A stretch of 5,826 nucleotides of DNA, from assembly GCA_964468895.1 (NCBI GenBank), contig CAYXWT010000009.1, positions 6,807-12,632 on the forward strand, written 5' to 3'. The notes beneath the pieces are model-generated. The model had not been told where the DNA came from, did not search any database, and saw only the letters and a program-made list of their open reading frames with translations. The stretch is from an uncultured archaeon. Its GTDB lineage: Archaea; Iainarchaeota; Iainarchaeia; Iainarchaeales; CSSED10-239. Shown here one piece after another: positions 1 to 5,797 of this stretch; the stretch's first letter is position 1, and every line of letters starts with the position of its first letter. The position numbers and the translations under genes were made by a program.

Positions 1-1
1 T

Positions 2-1267
2 AATACTGATTTAAATATAGATTCAAATGTTTCAACAGATTTAGTTGAACCAGTAGTAGATGTTTCTACACCTGTAGACACAAATGTAGATGTATCTGTT
101 AAAGATGAAAATTTAACTAAAGAAAATTTAGAAATTAAGATACAAGAATTACAAAAGATACTTATAATAGGAATTTATAAAGATATTAAAAATGAACAAT
201 TAAAAATATTTGAAAGTTGGTATGATGAATTAGGAATTGATTATGAAGAAATGAATCTTTGTTTAGAAGAAAATAATTATTTAAATCTAGATTTTAATGT
301 AGAAAAATCTAAATTAATATCAAAAATAAGTAAAGATAAAATACTTGCACAAGCAATTGGTTTTACAGGTACACCAGGTTTATTTGTAAATAATTATAGA
401 ATTGATGGTTTTAAAGATAATGCTTATTTTGATGATTTAATACAAGCATCAAAAGATGATATTGCAAATAATGTTTCCGTTTCTTTTACAGATCAAAATT
501 CTGTAGATTTTAATGTAAACGTTTCAGGGATACCAAAGCTATACATTGTGTATAATGAAGATCATAATTTTACTAGAGAATATATTGATAGTATTTTAAA
601 TGGATTAAAACAAGAAACTGTTTTTTTTAATCCGTTTTTAGAAGAAGTAGATATAGTAAAAGTAGATTATAAAAATACTGATGAATATATTACTAATGTG
701 TTAAGTGCTTTTGAAGTAAACACACTACCTTTTTTCTATTTAGATGGTAATGTTAGTAGTTTATTAGAAGATTTTGATGAAAATGCTTTAAACATATTTA
801 ATTCATCATTTTTAAGTTTGCCAATTGGTGGTTATATGTTAGCTATATCTCCTCAACAAGTTCAACAAGTATTAGATATTTCTATTTTATCTGATGAGGA
901 AGACTACATTTATGGTCAAGAAGATGCACCAGTTACAATTTATATATTTGAAGATTATGATTGTACATTTTGTGAAAAATTAGATAAAGAAGTTCTTCCA
1001 GAAATAATTACTAAATATGTAGATTCTGGTGAAGTTAATATTGTTGTCAAAGATGATGTAATTTATGAAATGCAATCATTATTTCCAACAATATTTAGCA
1101 GATGTGCTCAAAGACAAAATATATATTGGGATGTCCATACAAAATTATTTGAGAATAGAGCTTTATTTGGTGGATCTTTAGCTCAAAAGATTTCTTCAGA
1201 TTATACTACCAAATATGCAGATCAAATAAGTGAATTACAAGAACAATATAAGAAATTTACAGAATAA
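2..1267 (+). CDS. Multi-domain thioredoxin-fold protein, DsbA-like thiol:disulfide oxidoreductase family (5'-partial, continues upstream of the window)
   Basis: Reading codons from nt 2, I find no stop until TAA at 1265-1267. The ATG at 251 in the ORF track is therefore internal, and DsbA-like similarity already runs across it (..WYDELGIDYEEMNLC..). Seen in the translation: a low-complexity D/V/S/T/P linker (nt 2-~115); a DsbA C-terminal-type segment with G-T-P (nt 368-376, AIGFTGTPGLFVNNYRIDG); a Cys-less thioredoxin-like unit with HNFT at the CxxC position (nt 563-574) and a T-L-P cis-Pro-type loop (nt 722-730, TLPFFYLDG); and a DsbA N-terminal-type unit, DAPVTIYIFEDYDCTFCEKL, with CxxC = CTFC at nt 962-973. 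The family call is from motif memory only. Confidence 0.75.
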   Translation, partial: NTDLNIDSNVSTDLVEPVVDVSTPVDTNVDVSVKDENLTKENLEIKIQELQKILIIGIYKDIKNEQLKIFESWYDELGIDYEEMNLCLEENNYLNLDFNVEKSKLISKISKDKILAQAIGFTGTPGLFVNNYRIDGFKDNAYFDDLIQASKDDIANNVSVSFTDQNSVDFNVNVSGIPKLYIVYNEDHNFTREYIDSILNGLKQETVFFNPFLEEVDIVKVDYKNTDEYITNVLSAFEVNTLPFFYLDGNVSSLLEDFDENALNIFNSSFLSLPIGGYMLAISPQQVQQVLDISILSDEEDYIYGQEDAPVTIYIFEDYDCTFCEKLDKEVLPEIITKYVDSGEVNIVVKDDVIYEMQSLFPTIFSRCAQRQNIYWDVHTKLFENRALFGGSLAQKISSDYTTKYADQISELQEQYKKFTE

Positions 1268-1285
1268 TTTTCAATTAAATTATTC

Positions 1286-1304
1286 TTTTTTTATTTATTT
1301 ATTT
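1286..1304 (+). terminator. Oligo-T tract (T7) followed by an (ATTT)3 simple repeat; candidate archaeal intrinsic terminator for the DsbA-like gene
   Basis: T7 at 1286-1292 lies about 20 nt after the stop codon, followed by ATTTATTTATTT at 1293-1304 and another T5 run. Archaeal RNA polymerase terminates at oligo-T tracts. The whole spacer is AT-rich, so specificity is poor. Confidence 0.3.
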
Positions 1305-1340
1305 AATTTTTCGTATTAGTTCTATTTATTAATTTTACTT

Positions 1341-1366
1341 GTTTTAATTATATTATATATACAATA
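1341..1366 (+). promoter_or_regulatory. TATA-like region upstream of tRNA-Arg (candidate archaeal promoter)
   Basis: The sequence gttttaattatattatatatacaata ends 9-34 nt upstream of tRNA position +1 (1375). Several overlapping TTATAT/TATATA octamers sit at the distance expected for an archaeal TATA box with a very short leader or none. The exact box cannot be chosen in this AT-rich context. Confidence 0.25.
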
Positions 1367-1374
1367 TAAAATTA

Positions 1375-1447
1375 GGGTCCGTAGCCTAGTGGATAGGGCA
1401 ACAGCCTTCTAAGCTGTAGGTCGTGGGTTCGAATCCCACCGGACTCG
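1375..1447 (+). tRNA. tRNA-Arg, anticodon UCU (reads AGA/AGG); 73 nt, no intron, CCA not encoded
   Basis: Manual cloverleaf. Acceptor GGGTCCG/CGGACTC (7 bp, one G2-U71 wobble). D stem GCCT/GGGC with loop AGTGGATA (G15, G18 G19, A20). Anticodon stem ACAGC/GCTGT with loop CT-TCT-AA (anticodon nt 1408-1410). Variable loop AGGTC. T stem GTGGG/CCCAC with loop TTCGAAT. Discriminator G at 1447. It is the only GC-rich island in the window. Confidence 0.93.
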
Positions 1448-1461
1448 TTTTGTGATTAATT
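1448..1461 (+). promoter_or_regulatory. 14-nt tRNA-argS spacer: T4 tract plus a partial Shine-Dalgarno (GTGAT)
   Basis: The spacer is ttttGTGATtaatt, then ATG at 1462. GTGAT (1452-1456) matches part of the archaeal SD consensus GGAGGTGATC, 5 nt before the start. TTTT directly after the discriminator base could be a weak RNA polymerase pause or termination site. There is no room for a TATA box between the tRNA and argS. Confidence 0.35.
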
Positions 1462-3180
1462 ATGAATTTTAAATTAGAATTTGCAAAGTTATTACAATCT
1501 CAAATATTAGATGTTAATATTAATTTAGAATCAATAATTAATAATATTGAAATACCCCCTAATTCTGAACTAGGAGATTTATGTTTTCCTACATTTGTTT
1601 TTGCAAAAACTTTTAAGAAGAAACCTATAGATATTGCTAATGATCTTTTAAGTAAATTAAATTTGTTAAAATCAGATTTTTTTGAGTTTTCTTCATTAAA
1701 TGCATATGTTAATGCAAAAATAAAAACTTCAATTTTATTTAAAGATGTTGTAACCAAAGTTTTAAGTAAAAATAATGATTATGGTAAAAATAAAGCTTTA
1801 TTAAGGAAAGAATACACTTTAGATACTTTTAATACTAATCCTCTTAAAGCACTTCATATAGGTCATTTAAGAAATATAGTTACTGGTGATGTGATTTACA
1901 GATTACTTTCATTTGCTAATCAAGTTGTACATCCTATTTATTATGGTGGAGATGTAGGTACACATATTGCAAAATGGTATTGGTATTATTTAACCTTAAA
2001 TGATAAAGAAAAAATAATCCCTTCTAAAGATGTAAGTAAATGGTTTGGAAATATTTATTTAAAAGCAGGAGATAAATTAAGAAACGATCCAACTTTAGAA
2101 AAAGAAATAAGTGCAATTCAAAAAGACTTGCTTACTAATAAAGACTTGCAAAAAGAAATAATTAAATTAAGAGATATTTGTTATGAATCTTATATGTCTA
2201 TTAAACGTGAATTAGATATAACTTTAGAAGATCATATTTTTGAAAGTCAATCTCAAGATAGATTTTTTAAAATTAAAGATGAAGTTTTTGCAAATAATAA
2301 AGATATTATTAAAACCGATAATGGTGCAGTAATTGCAGATTTAAAAAAACAAAATTTAGATGTTTTAGTTTTAGTTAAAGATAATGGTGCACCATTATAT
2401 GCATCTAAAGATATTGGTTTAGTAGAATTAAAAAAAGAATTGTTTCCTAAATCTAATGATTTTTTGTATGTTGTTGGTAGTGAACAAAAACATTATTTTA
2501 AACAATTATTTACTTTGTTTTCATTTATATACCCTGATACATCTCATAAACATATTTCTTATGGACTAGTAAATTTGGGTTCAGAAAAGATGTCTTCAAG
2601 AGCAGGAGGTTTGGTTCTTTATGAAGACTTTAGAGATCTGATTTTTAAAAAAGTAAAATCTGTTTTAAAAGAAAATAATCTTGAAGATAATTTAGAAATT
2701 ATAAAAGAGATTTCTTTTGGTACTATTAAATTTGAAATGTTAAAAATTGGATTAAATAAAACTATTAATTTTGATATTAATCATGCTCTAAACTTACAAG
2801 GAGATTCTGCAGTTTATATTCAATATACGGGTGTTAGATCTAAAAGTATATTAAATAAATGTGGTTGTAGTGAATTAGATTTAAATGATCTTAGTTTAAT
2901 TGATAATTTTGAATTAGATGTTGAAGAACTTAAACTACTTAAACTAATAAATGATTTTCCAAATAAAGTAACTATTTCAGCAGTTCAATTAAAACCAAAT
3001 ATAATTTCAAATTATTGTTTAGAATTGGCTCATTGTTTTAATAAATTTTATTCAAATTCAGTAATAATAAATTCAAATGAAATTATAAAAAAAAGAAGAT
3101 TGTTGTTAACTAAAGTTTATCTTATAACATTACAAAACGCATTAAAGTTATTAGGTATTAAGATACCTTCTGCTATGTAA
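1462..3180 (+). CDS. argS: Arginyl-tRNA synthetase (class I aaRS)
   Basis: 572 aa. ArgRS N-terminal domain signature (IEIPPNSELGDLCFPTFVFAK..KKKPIDIANDL). HIGH motif (NPLKALHIGHLRN). ArgRS-type degenerate KMSKS (GSEKMSSRAGG). DALR anticodon-binding region (GDSAVYIQYTGVRSKSIL). Typical C-terminus (RRLLLTKV....LKLLGIKIPSAM, ending in Met). Confidence 0.95.
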   Translation: MNFKLEFAKLLQSQILDVNINLESIINNIEIPPNSELGDLCFPTFVFAKTFKKKPIDIANDLLSKLNLLKSDFFEFSSLNAYVNAKIKTSILFKDVVTKVLSKNNDYGKNKALLRKEYTLDTFNTNPLKALHIGHLRNIVTGDVIYRLLSFANQVVHPIYYGGDVGTHIAKWYWYYLTLNDKEKIIPSKDVSKWFGNIYLKAGDKLRNDPTLEKEISAIQKDLLTNKDLQKEIIKLRDICYESYMSIKRELDITLEDHIFESQSQDRFFKIKDEVFANNKDIIKTDNGAVIADLKKQNLDVLVLVKDNGAPLYASKDIGLVELKKELFPKSNDFLYVVGSEQKHYFKQLFTLFSFIYPDTSHKHISYGLVNLGSEKMSSRAGGLVLYEDFRDLIFKKVKSVLKENNLEDNLEIIKEISFGTIKFEMLKIGLNKTINFDINHALNLQGDSAVYIQYTGVRSKSILNKCGCSELDLNDLSLIDNFELDVEELKLLKLINDFPNKVTISAVQLKPNIISNYCLELAHCFNKFYSNSVIINSNEIIKKRRLLLTKVYLITLQNALKLLGIKIPSAM

Positions 3181-3186
3181 ATTTGA

Positions 3187-3801
3187 GTGATATTTGTGGA
3201 TAAATATTTTGACATTGTAAATTATAATTTAATTAAAAATAATAGTTTAGAAGAACTAGAAACATTGTTTTCTGAATTAAATATATTTACAGTATATGTT
3301 TGTAAATCTCTTTTAGTTTTAGGGGATATTAATGATTTCGAAATCCCTAAATCAAAGACTATTAAATTTAAAAAAATATTTCTAATTAATAATCCATCTT
3401 TATTAAATAAAATTAAAAGCAATGATATTAATGTGATTTGTAAGCCTAATAATTTATCAGAATTATCTAAATTATTAAATAATCAAAAATCAAAATTAAT
3501 TTATTCACCAATATTTAATAAATTAGGATTTGATGAAGGTTGTTGTAATCTTTGTTCTCAAAATTCCAAGCAAATTATATTTGATTTAAATTTATTTAGA
3601 AGTAATACTTATAAATCTATTAAACAAAGTTTATTTATTTTTAATATACTACAACAACATAAAGTTAAATTTTGTTTTTCTTCTTTTGCAAATACAAAAG
3701 AAGAGCTTATAGATCCAAATGTTTCAAAATATTTTTTAGAAAATTTTAATATTGATAGTTCTTTAATAGATAATGTATTTAGAGATAATCATGAGTTATA
3801 A
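3187..3801 (+). CDS. rnp3: RNase P protein component 3 (Rpp30/Rnp3 family), divergent
   Basis: 204 aa, the normal size for archaeal Rpp30, and it sits immediately upstream of Pop5 and overlaps it, as in the archaeal exosome superoperon. Its N-terminus FVDKYFDI resembles the family's F.D.D. start. The C-terminal segment KVKFCFSSFANTKEELIDPNVSKYFLENFNIDSSLIDNVF resembles the conserved Rpp30 block (..v.SS.A.....R.P.dv..l...fG......). The start must be non-AUG: GTG at 3187 (alternative GTG at 3196 behind GAGTGAT), because an in-frame TGA sits at 3184-3186 and the ORF has no in-frame ATG. Confidence 0.7.
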   Translation: MIFVDKYFDIVNYNLIKNNSLEELETLFSELNIFTVYVCKSLLVLGDINDFEIPKSKTIKFKKIFLINNPSLLNKIKSNDINVICKPNNLSELSKLLNNQKSKLIYSPIFNKLGFDEGCCNLCSQNSKQIIFDLNLFRSNTYKSIKQSLFIFNILQQHKVKFCFSSFANTKEELIDPNVSKYFLENFNIDSSLIDNVFRDNHEL

Positions 3802-4138
3802 AAAAAAATTAAACGTTATTAGACCAACTCTAAGACACAAGAAGAGATATCTAGAAATCAAACTTCTAAATACTAATAAATTAAATTTAGATTTATTAGA
3901 TACTGCTGGTCTACACAAAATATTTTATAAAAATTATCAAAAAGCTTTTGGCTTATTTAATCAAATTGAGGCCAACATTACAATTATGGATTTTAATAAA
4001 GATAACAAAACCATTTTGATAAGAATAAACAGATTTTATTTAAATGAATTTATATCTTCTTTGTTTTTTTTAAAAAATGAATTAAACTTATTTAAAATTA
4101 ATAAAATTAGTTCTACAATTAAAAATTTAGATTCTTAA
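3791..4138 (+). CDS. rnp2: RNase P protein component 2 (Pop5/Rnp2 family)
   Basis: MSYKKKLNVIRPTLRHKKRYLEIKL matches the Pop5 N-terminal signature (P.TLR.KKRY..f.v). ILIRINRFYLNEFISSL and KINKISSTIKNL match the later conserved Pop5 blocks (..iR..r........l and ....SGTIk.l). I prefer ATG at 3791 (115 aa, 11-nt overlap with the Rpp30 stop). The ORF-track ATG at 3773 is an in-frame alternative that adds MYLEII. Confidence 0.8.
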   Translation: MSYKKKLNVIRPTLRHKKRYLEIKLLNTNKLNLDLLDTAGLHKIFYKNYQKAFGLFNQIEANITIMDFNKDNKTILIRINRFYLNEFISSLFFLKNELNLFKINKISSTIKNLDS

Positions 4139-4240
4139 TTAAACATATTTTTAAGATGTTTTTACAGTTCCAAAACATTTATAATTGTTAATATCTATAT
4201 AATATATTAGAAAGAGATAGAAAAAAAGTACTATTTTGTT

Positions 4241-4248
4241 TTTATAAG
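4241..4248 (+). promoter_or_regulatory. Candidate TATA box (TTTATAAG) for a psmA-sdo1 transcription unit
   Basis: A TTTATAA-type octamer lies about 55-60 nt upstream of the psmA ATG and would place a TSS about 30 nt upstream of it, 5' of the SD. Other TATA-like octamers (4178-4184, 4261-4268) exist in the same 160-nt AT-rich gap, so the choice is uncertain. Confidence 0.25.
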
Positions 4249-4286
4249 TTTTTTATTTTATTTATAAATTTAATTAAAATATAAAA

Positions 4287-4292
4287 AGGTGA
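4287..4292 (+). promoter_or_regulatory. Shine-Dalgarno site of psmA (AGGTGA)
   Basis: AGGTGA lies 9 nt upstream of ATG 4302 and is complementary to the conserved archaeal 16S rRNA 3' end (..GAUCACCUCC). Confidence 0.6.
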
Positions 4293-4301
4293 ATTATTTT
4301 G

Positions 4302-5015
4302 ATGCCAATTTCTGGAAACGCAGCAGCTTATGATAGATCAATAACAGTTTTTAGCCCTGAAGGACATCTTTATCAGGTAGATTATGCTTCTAAAATTATT
4401 GAAAAAGGAAGTCCAGCAGTAGCAGTTATTTATAAGCAAGGACTTATTATTGCTGCTGATAAAAAAATATACTCTTCACTAATAATACCTGAAAGTGTAG
4501 AAAAAGTATTTAAAATAGATAATCATGTTTGGACAGCTTGTTCAGGTTTAATTGGGGATGGAAGAAGATTAGTTGATTTTGCAAGACAAATTGCTCAAGA
4601 AAATAGAACTTATTATGATGATCCTATAGAAATTGAAACTCTTGTAAAAAGAATTGCTTCAATAGTTCAATATTATACACAGTATGGTGGAGCTAGACCT
4701 TTTGGTGTATCTTTAATTATAGCTGGTGTAGATAGTTTAGGCAAACACATTTTTGAAACTGAACCAAGTGGTGCAATAACTGCTTATAATGCAGTAGCTA
4801 TTGGACAAAATAGACCAAAATTAATGACATATTTAGAAAAAAACTTCAAAAAAAATTTAAATTTAGATGATGCTATTAAATTAGCTATTAACACTTTAAA
4901 TCAAAATTTAGAATCTAAACAAAAATTAAATTCTAAGTCATTAGAAGTTATTAATATTTGTGAAGATAATAAAAATAGTGTTTTACCTTTATCAAAATAT
5001 TCTAAGTATTTGTAA
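4302..5015 (+). CDS. psmA: Proteasome subunit alpha
   Basis: The N-terminal signature AYDRSITVFSPEGHLYQVDYA (alpha-subunit motif YDR..t.FSPeGrL.QVEYA) is followed by the Ntn-hydrolase fold pattern (GSPAVAVIYKQGLIIAADKK ... GLIGDGRRLVDFARQIAQENR ... RPFGVSLIIAGVD). There is no catalytic Thr1 propeptide arrangement, so this is alpha, not beta. I prefer ATG 4302 (SD spacing). The ORF track starts one codon earlier, at TTG 4299. Confidence 0.95.
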   Translation: MPISGNAAAYDRSITVFSPEGHLYQVDYASKIIEKGSPAVAVIYKQGLIIAADKKIYSSLIIPESVEKVFKIDNHVWTACSGLIGDGRRLVDFARQIAQENRTYYDDPIEIETLVKRIASIVQYYTQYGGARPFGVSLIIAGVDSLGKHIFETEPSGAITAYNAVAIGQNRPKLMTYLEKNFKKNLNLDDAIKLAINTLNQNLESKQKLNSKSLEVINICEDNKNSVLPLSKYSKYL

Positions 5016-5038
5016 TTTCAAATAAATTAATTTAAAAA

Positions 5039-5046
5039 AGGTGTGA
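5039..5046 (+). promoter_or_regulatory. Shine-Dalgarno site of the SBDS gene (AGGTGTGA)
   Basis: The GGTG core at 5040-5043 lies 10 nt upstream of ATG 5054, within the 38-nt psmA-SBDS spacer. Confidence 0.5.
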
Positions 5047-5053
5047 TGAATTT

Positions 5054-5746
5054 ATGGTTAAATTAGAAAATGCAGTTTTGGCAAGATTTAGTAGAGATGG
5101 AAGTCATTTTGAAATTTGGGTAGATCCTCAATTAGCATGGGATTATAAACATGGTAAAGTAGATGTTAATTTTAATGATATGATTGCATTAGATATGGTT
5201 TATACAGATGCTAAAAAAGGTGAAGAAGCAAAACAAGAAAGAGTTAAAAGTATCTTTAATACTAGTGATTTTGAAGAAATTGCAAAAAAAATAATTTGTG
5301 ATGGAGAAGTTCAATTAACTACATCTCAAAGAAATGAAATGCTTGAACGAAGAAAAAAAGAAATTATTGATTTTATTGCAAAAAATGCTCATGATCCTAA
5401 AGCAAACACACCAATACCAATTCAAAGAATAATAAATGCATTAGATGAATTAAAATATAAGTTTAATTTATCTAGGAAAAGAGATGATGAAATAAAAGAA
5501 GTTTTATTAAAATTTAAAAAAATCATGCCCATTTCTTTAGAAAAGATTTCTATAGTTATTGAAGTTCCTGCAATCTATTCAGGAAAAGTTCAACCAATTT
5601 TACATAAATATGAAATTGAAGAAGAAAAGTGGGGGCCAACAGGTAATTTAATTGCAAAGGTAAAAATTCCTGCAGGTCTAAAATCAAGTTTAATTAATGA
5701 ATTTAATAATATTACACATGGACAAATAACTACTAAAGTAGAATAA
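5054..5746 (+). CDS. SBDS: SBDS/Sdo1-family ribosome maturation protein
   Basis: 230 aa. The N-terminal FYSH-domain pattern AVLARFSRDGSHFEIWVDPQLAWDYKHGKVDVNFNDMIALDMVYTDAKKGEEA and GEVQLTTSQRNEMLERRKKEIIDFIAKNAHDPKANTPIP closely match archaeal SBDS proteins (..a..r....g..FEi.vdp..a...k.g.. / GE.Q.t..qR....e.k...I...I.......P....P.P). It sits directly after psmA, as in the archaeal exosome superoperon. Confidence 0.93.
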   Translation: MVKLENAVLARFSRDGSHFEIWVDPQLAWDYKHGKVDVNFNDMIALDMVYTDAKKGEEAKQERVKSIFNTSDFEEIAKKIICDGEVQLTTSQRNEMLERRKKEIIDFIAKNAHDPKANTPIPIQRIINALDELKYKFNLSRKRDDEIKEVLLKFKKIMPISLEKISIVIEVPAIYSGKVQPILHKYEIEEEKWGPTGNLIAKVKIPAGLKSSLINEFNNITHGQITTKVE

Positions 5747-5797
5747 TTATATATTTCTATTTTTAATTAAAATGTTTTTGTTTATTTTTATTAAAGT

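Noticed and set aside
251-253. ATG at 251 as the start of the first CDS (as in the ORF track)
   Set aside because: The same frame is open back to nt 2, and the DsbA-like helical segment (..FESWYDELGIDYEEMNLC..) spans the ATG. There is no SD upstream. The gene almost certainly starts outside the window.
1375-1447. The tRNA gene as an integration site (attB) flanking a mobile element
   Set aside because: I could find no second copy of the tRNA 3' half (ttcgaatcccaccggactc) anywhere in the window. There is no integrase, and the downstream genes are core housekeeping genes.
1500-1757. 85-aa minus-strand ORF inside argS
   Set aside because: It is fully embedded antisense to a confidently identified ArgRS coding region. 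Its composition is low-complexity K/F/I/L/N, as expected from an AT-rich reverse complement. It has no recognisable motif or SD.
3178-3189. Possible ArgRS-Rpp30 fusion by stop-codon readthrough (same reading frame)
   Set aside because: It would require reading through two different stop codons (TAA and TGA) three codons apart. Tandem stops argue for efficient termination, not readthrough.
3222-3422. 66-aa minus-strand ORF inside the Rpp30 gene
   Set aside because: It is antisense to a gene supported by synteny, is made of AT-rich codons and has no motif. It is most likely a chance open frame.
3773-3775. ATG at 3773 as the Pop5 start
   Set aside because: It adds MYLEII ahead of a sequence that aligns to the Pop5 family from MSYKK..RPTLRHKKRY. 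ATG 3791 gives the family-typical N-terminus. I keep 3773 as an alternative because neither ATG has a clear SD.
3800-3808. A9 homopolymer at the Rpp30-stop/Pop5-start overlap as a programmed slippage or phase-variation site
   Set aside because: In the Pop5 frame it simply encodes KKK, and both ORFs are intact as given. Poly-A runs are common in this AT-rich sequence (another A8 lies in argS near 3087). It is worth checking only as a possible sequencing-error hotspot.
4156-4191. 11-codon mini-ORF (MFLQFQNIYNC) and a 7-bp hairpin in the Pop5-psmA gap as a leader peptide or attenuator
   Set aside because: There is no SD. The stem is almost all A-T and thermodynamically weak. Mini-ORFs of this size are expected by chance.
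4299-4301. TTG at 4299 as the psmA start
   Set aside because: ATG at 4302 is the very next codon and has better spacing from the AGGTGA SD. The difference is one residue.
5043-5049. GTGATGA, a perfect C-box (RUGAUGA) consensus, in the SBDS 5' leader, as a possible C/D box sRNA or k-turn
   Set aside because: I find no CTGA D box in the following ~80 nt, and no C'/D' pair or terminal stem. The motif overlaps the SD region (GGTGTGAT) and is more simply explained as an extended SD.
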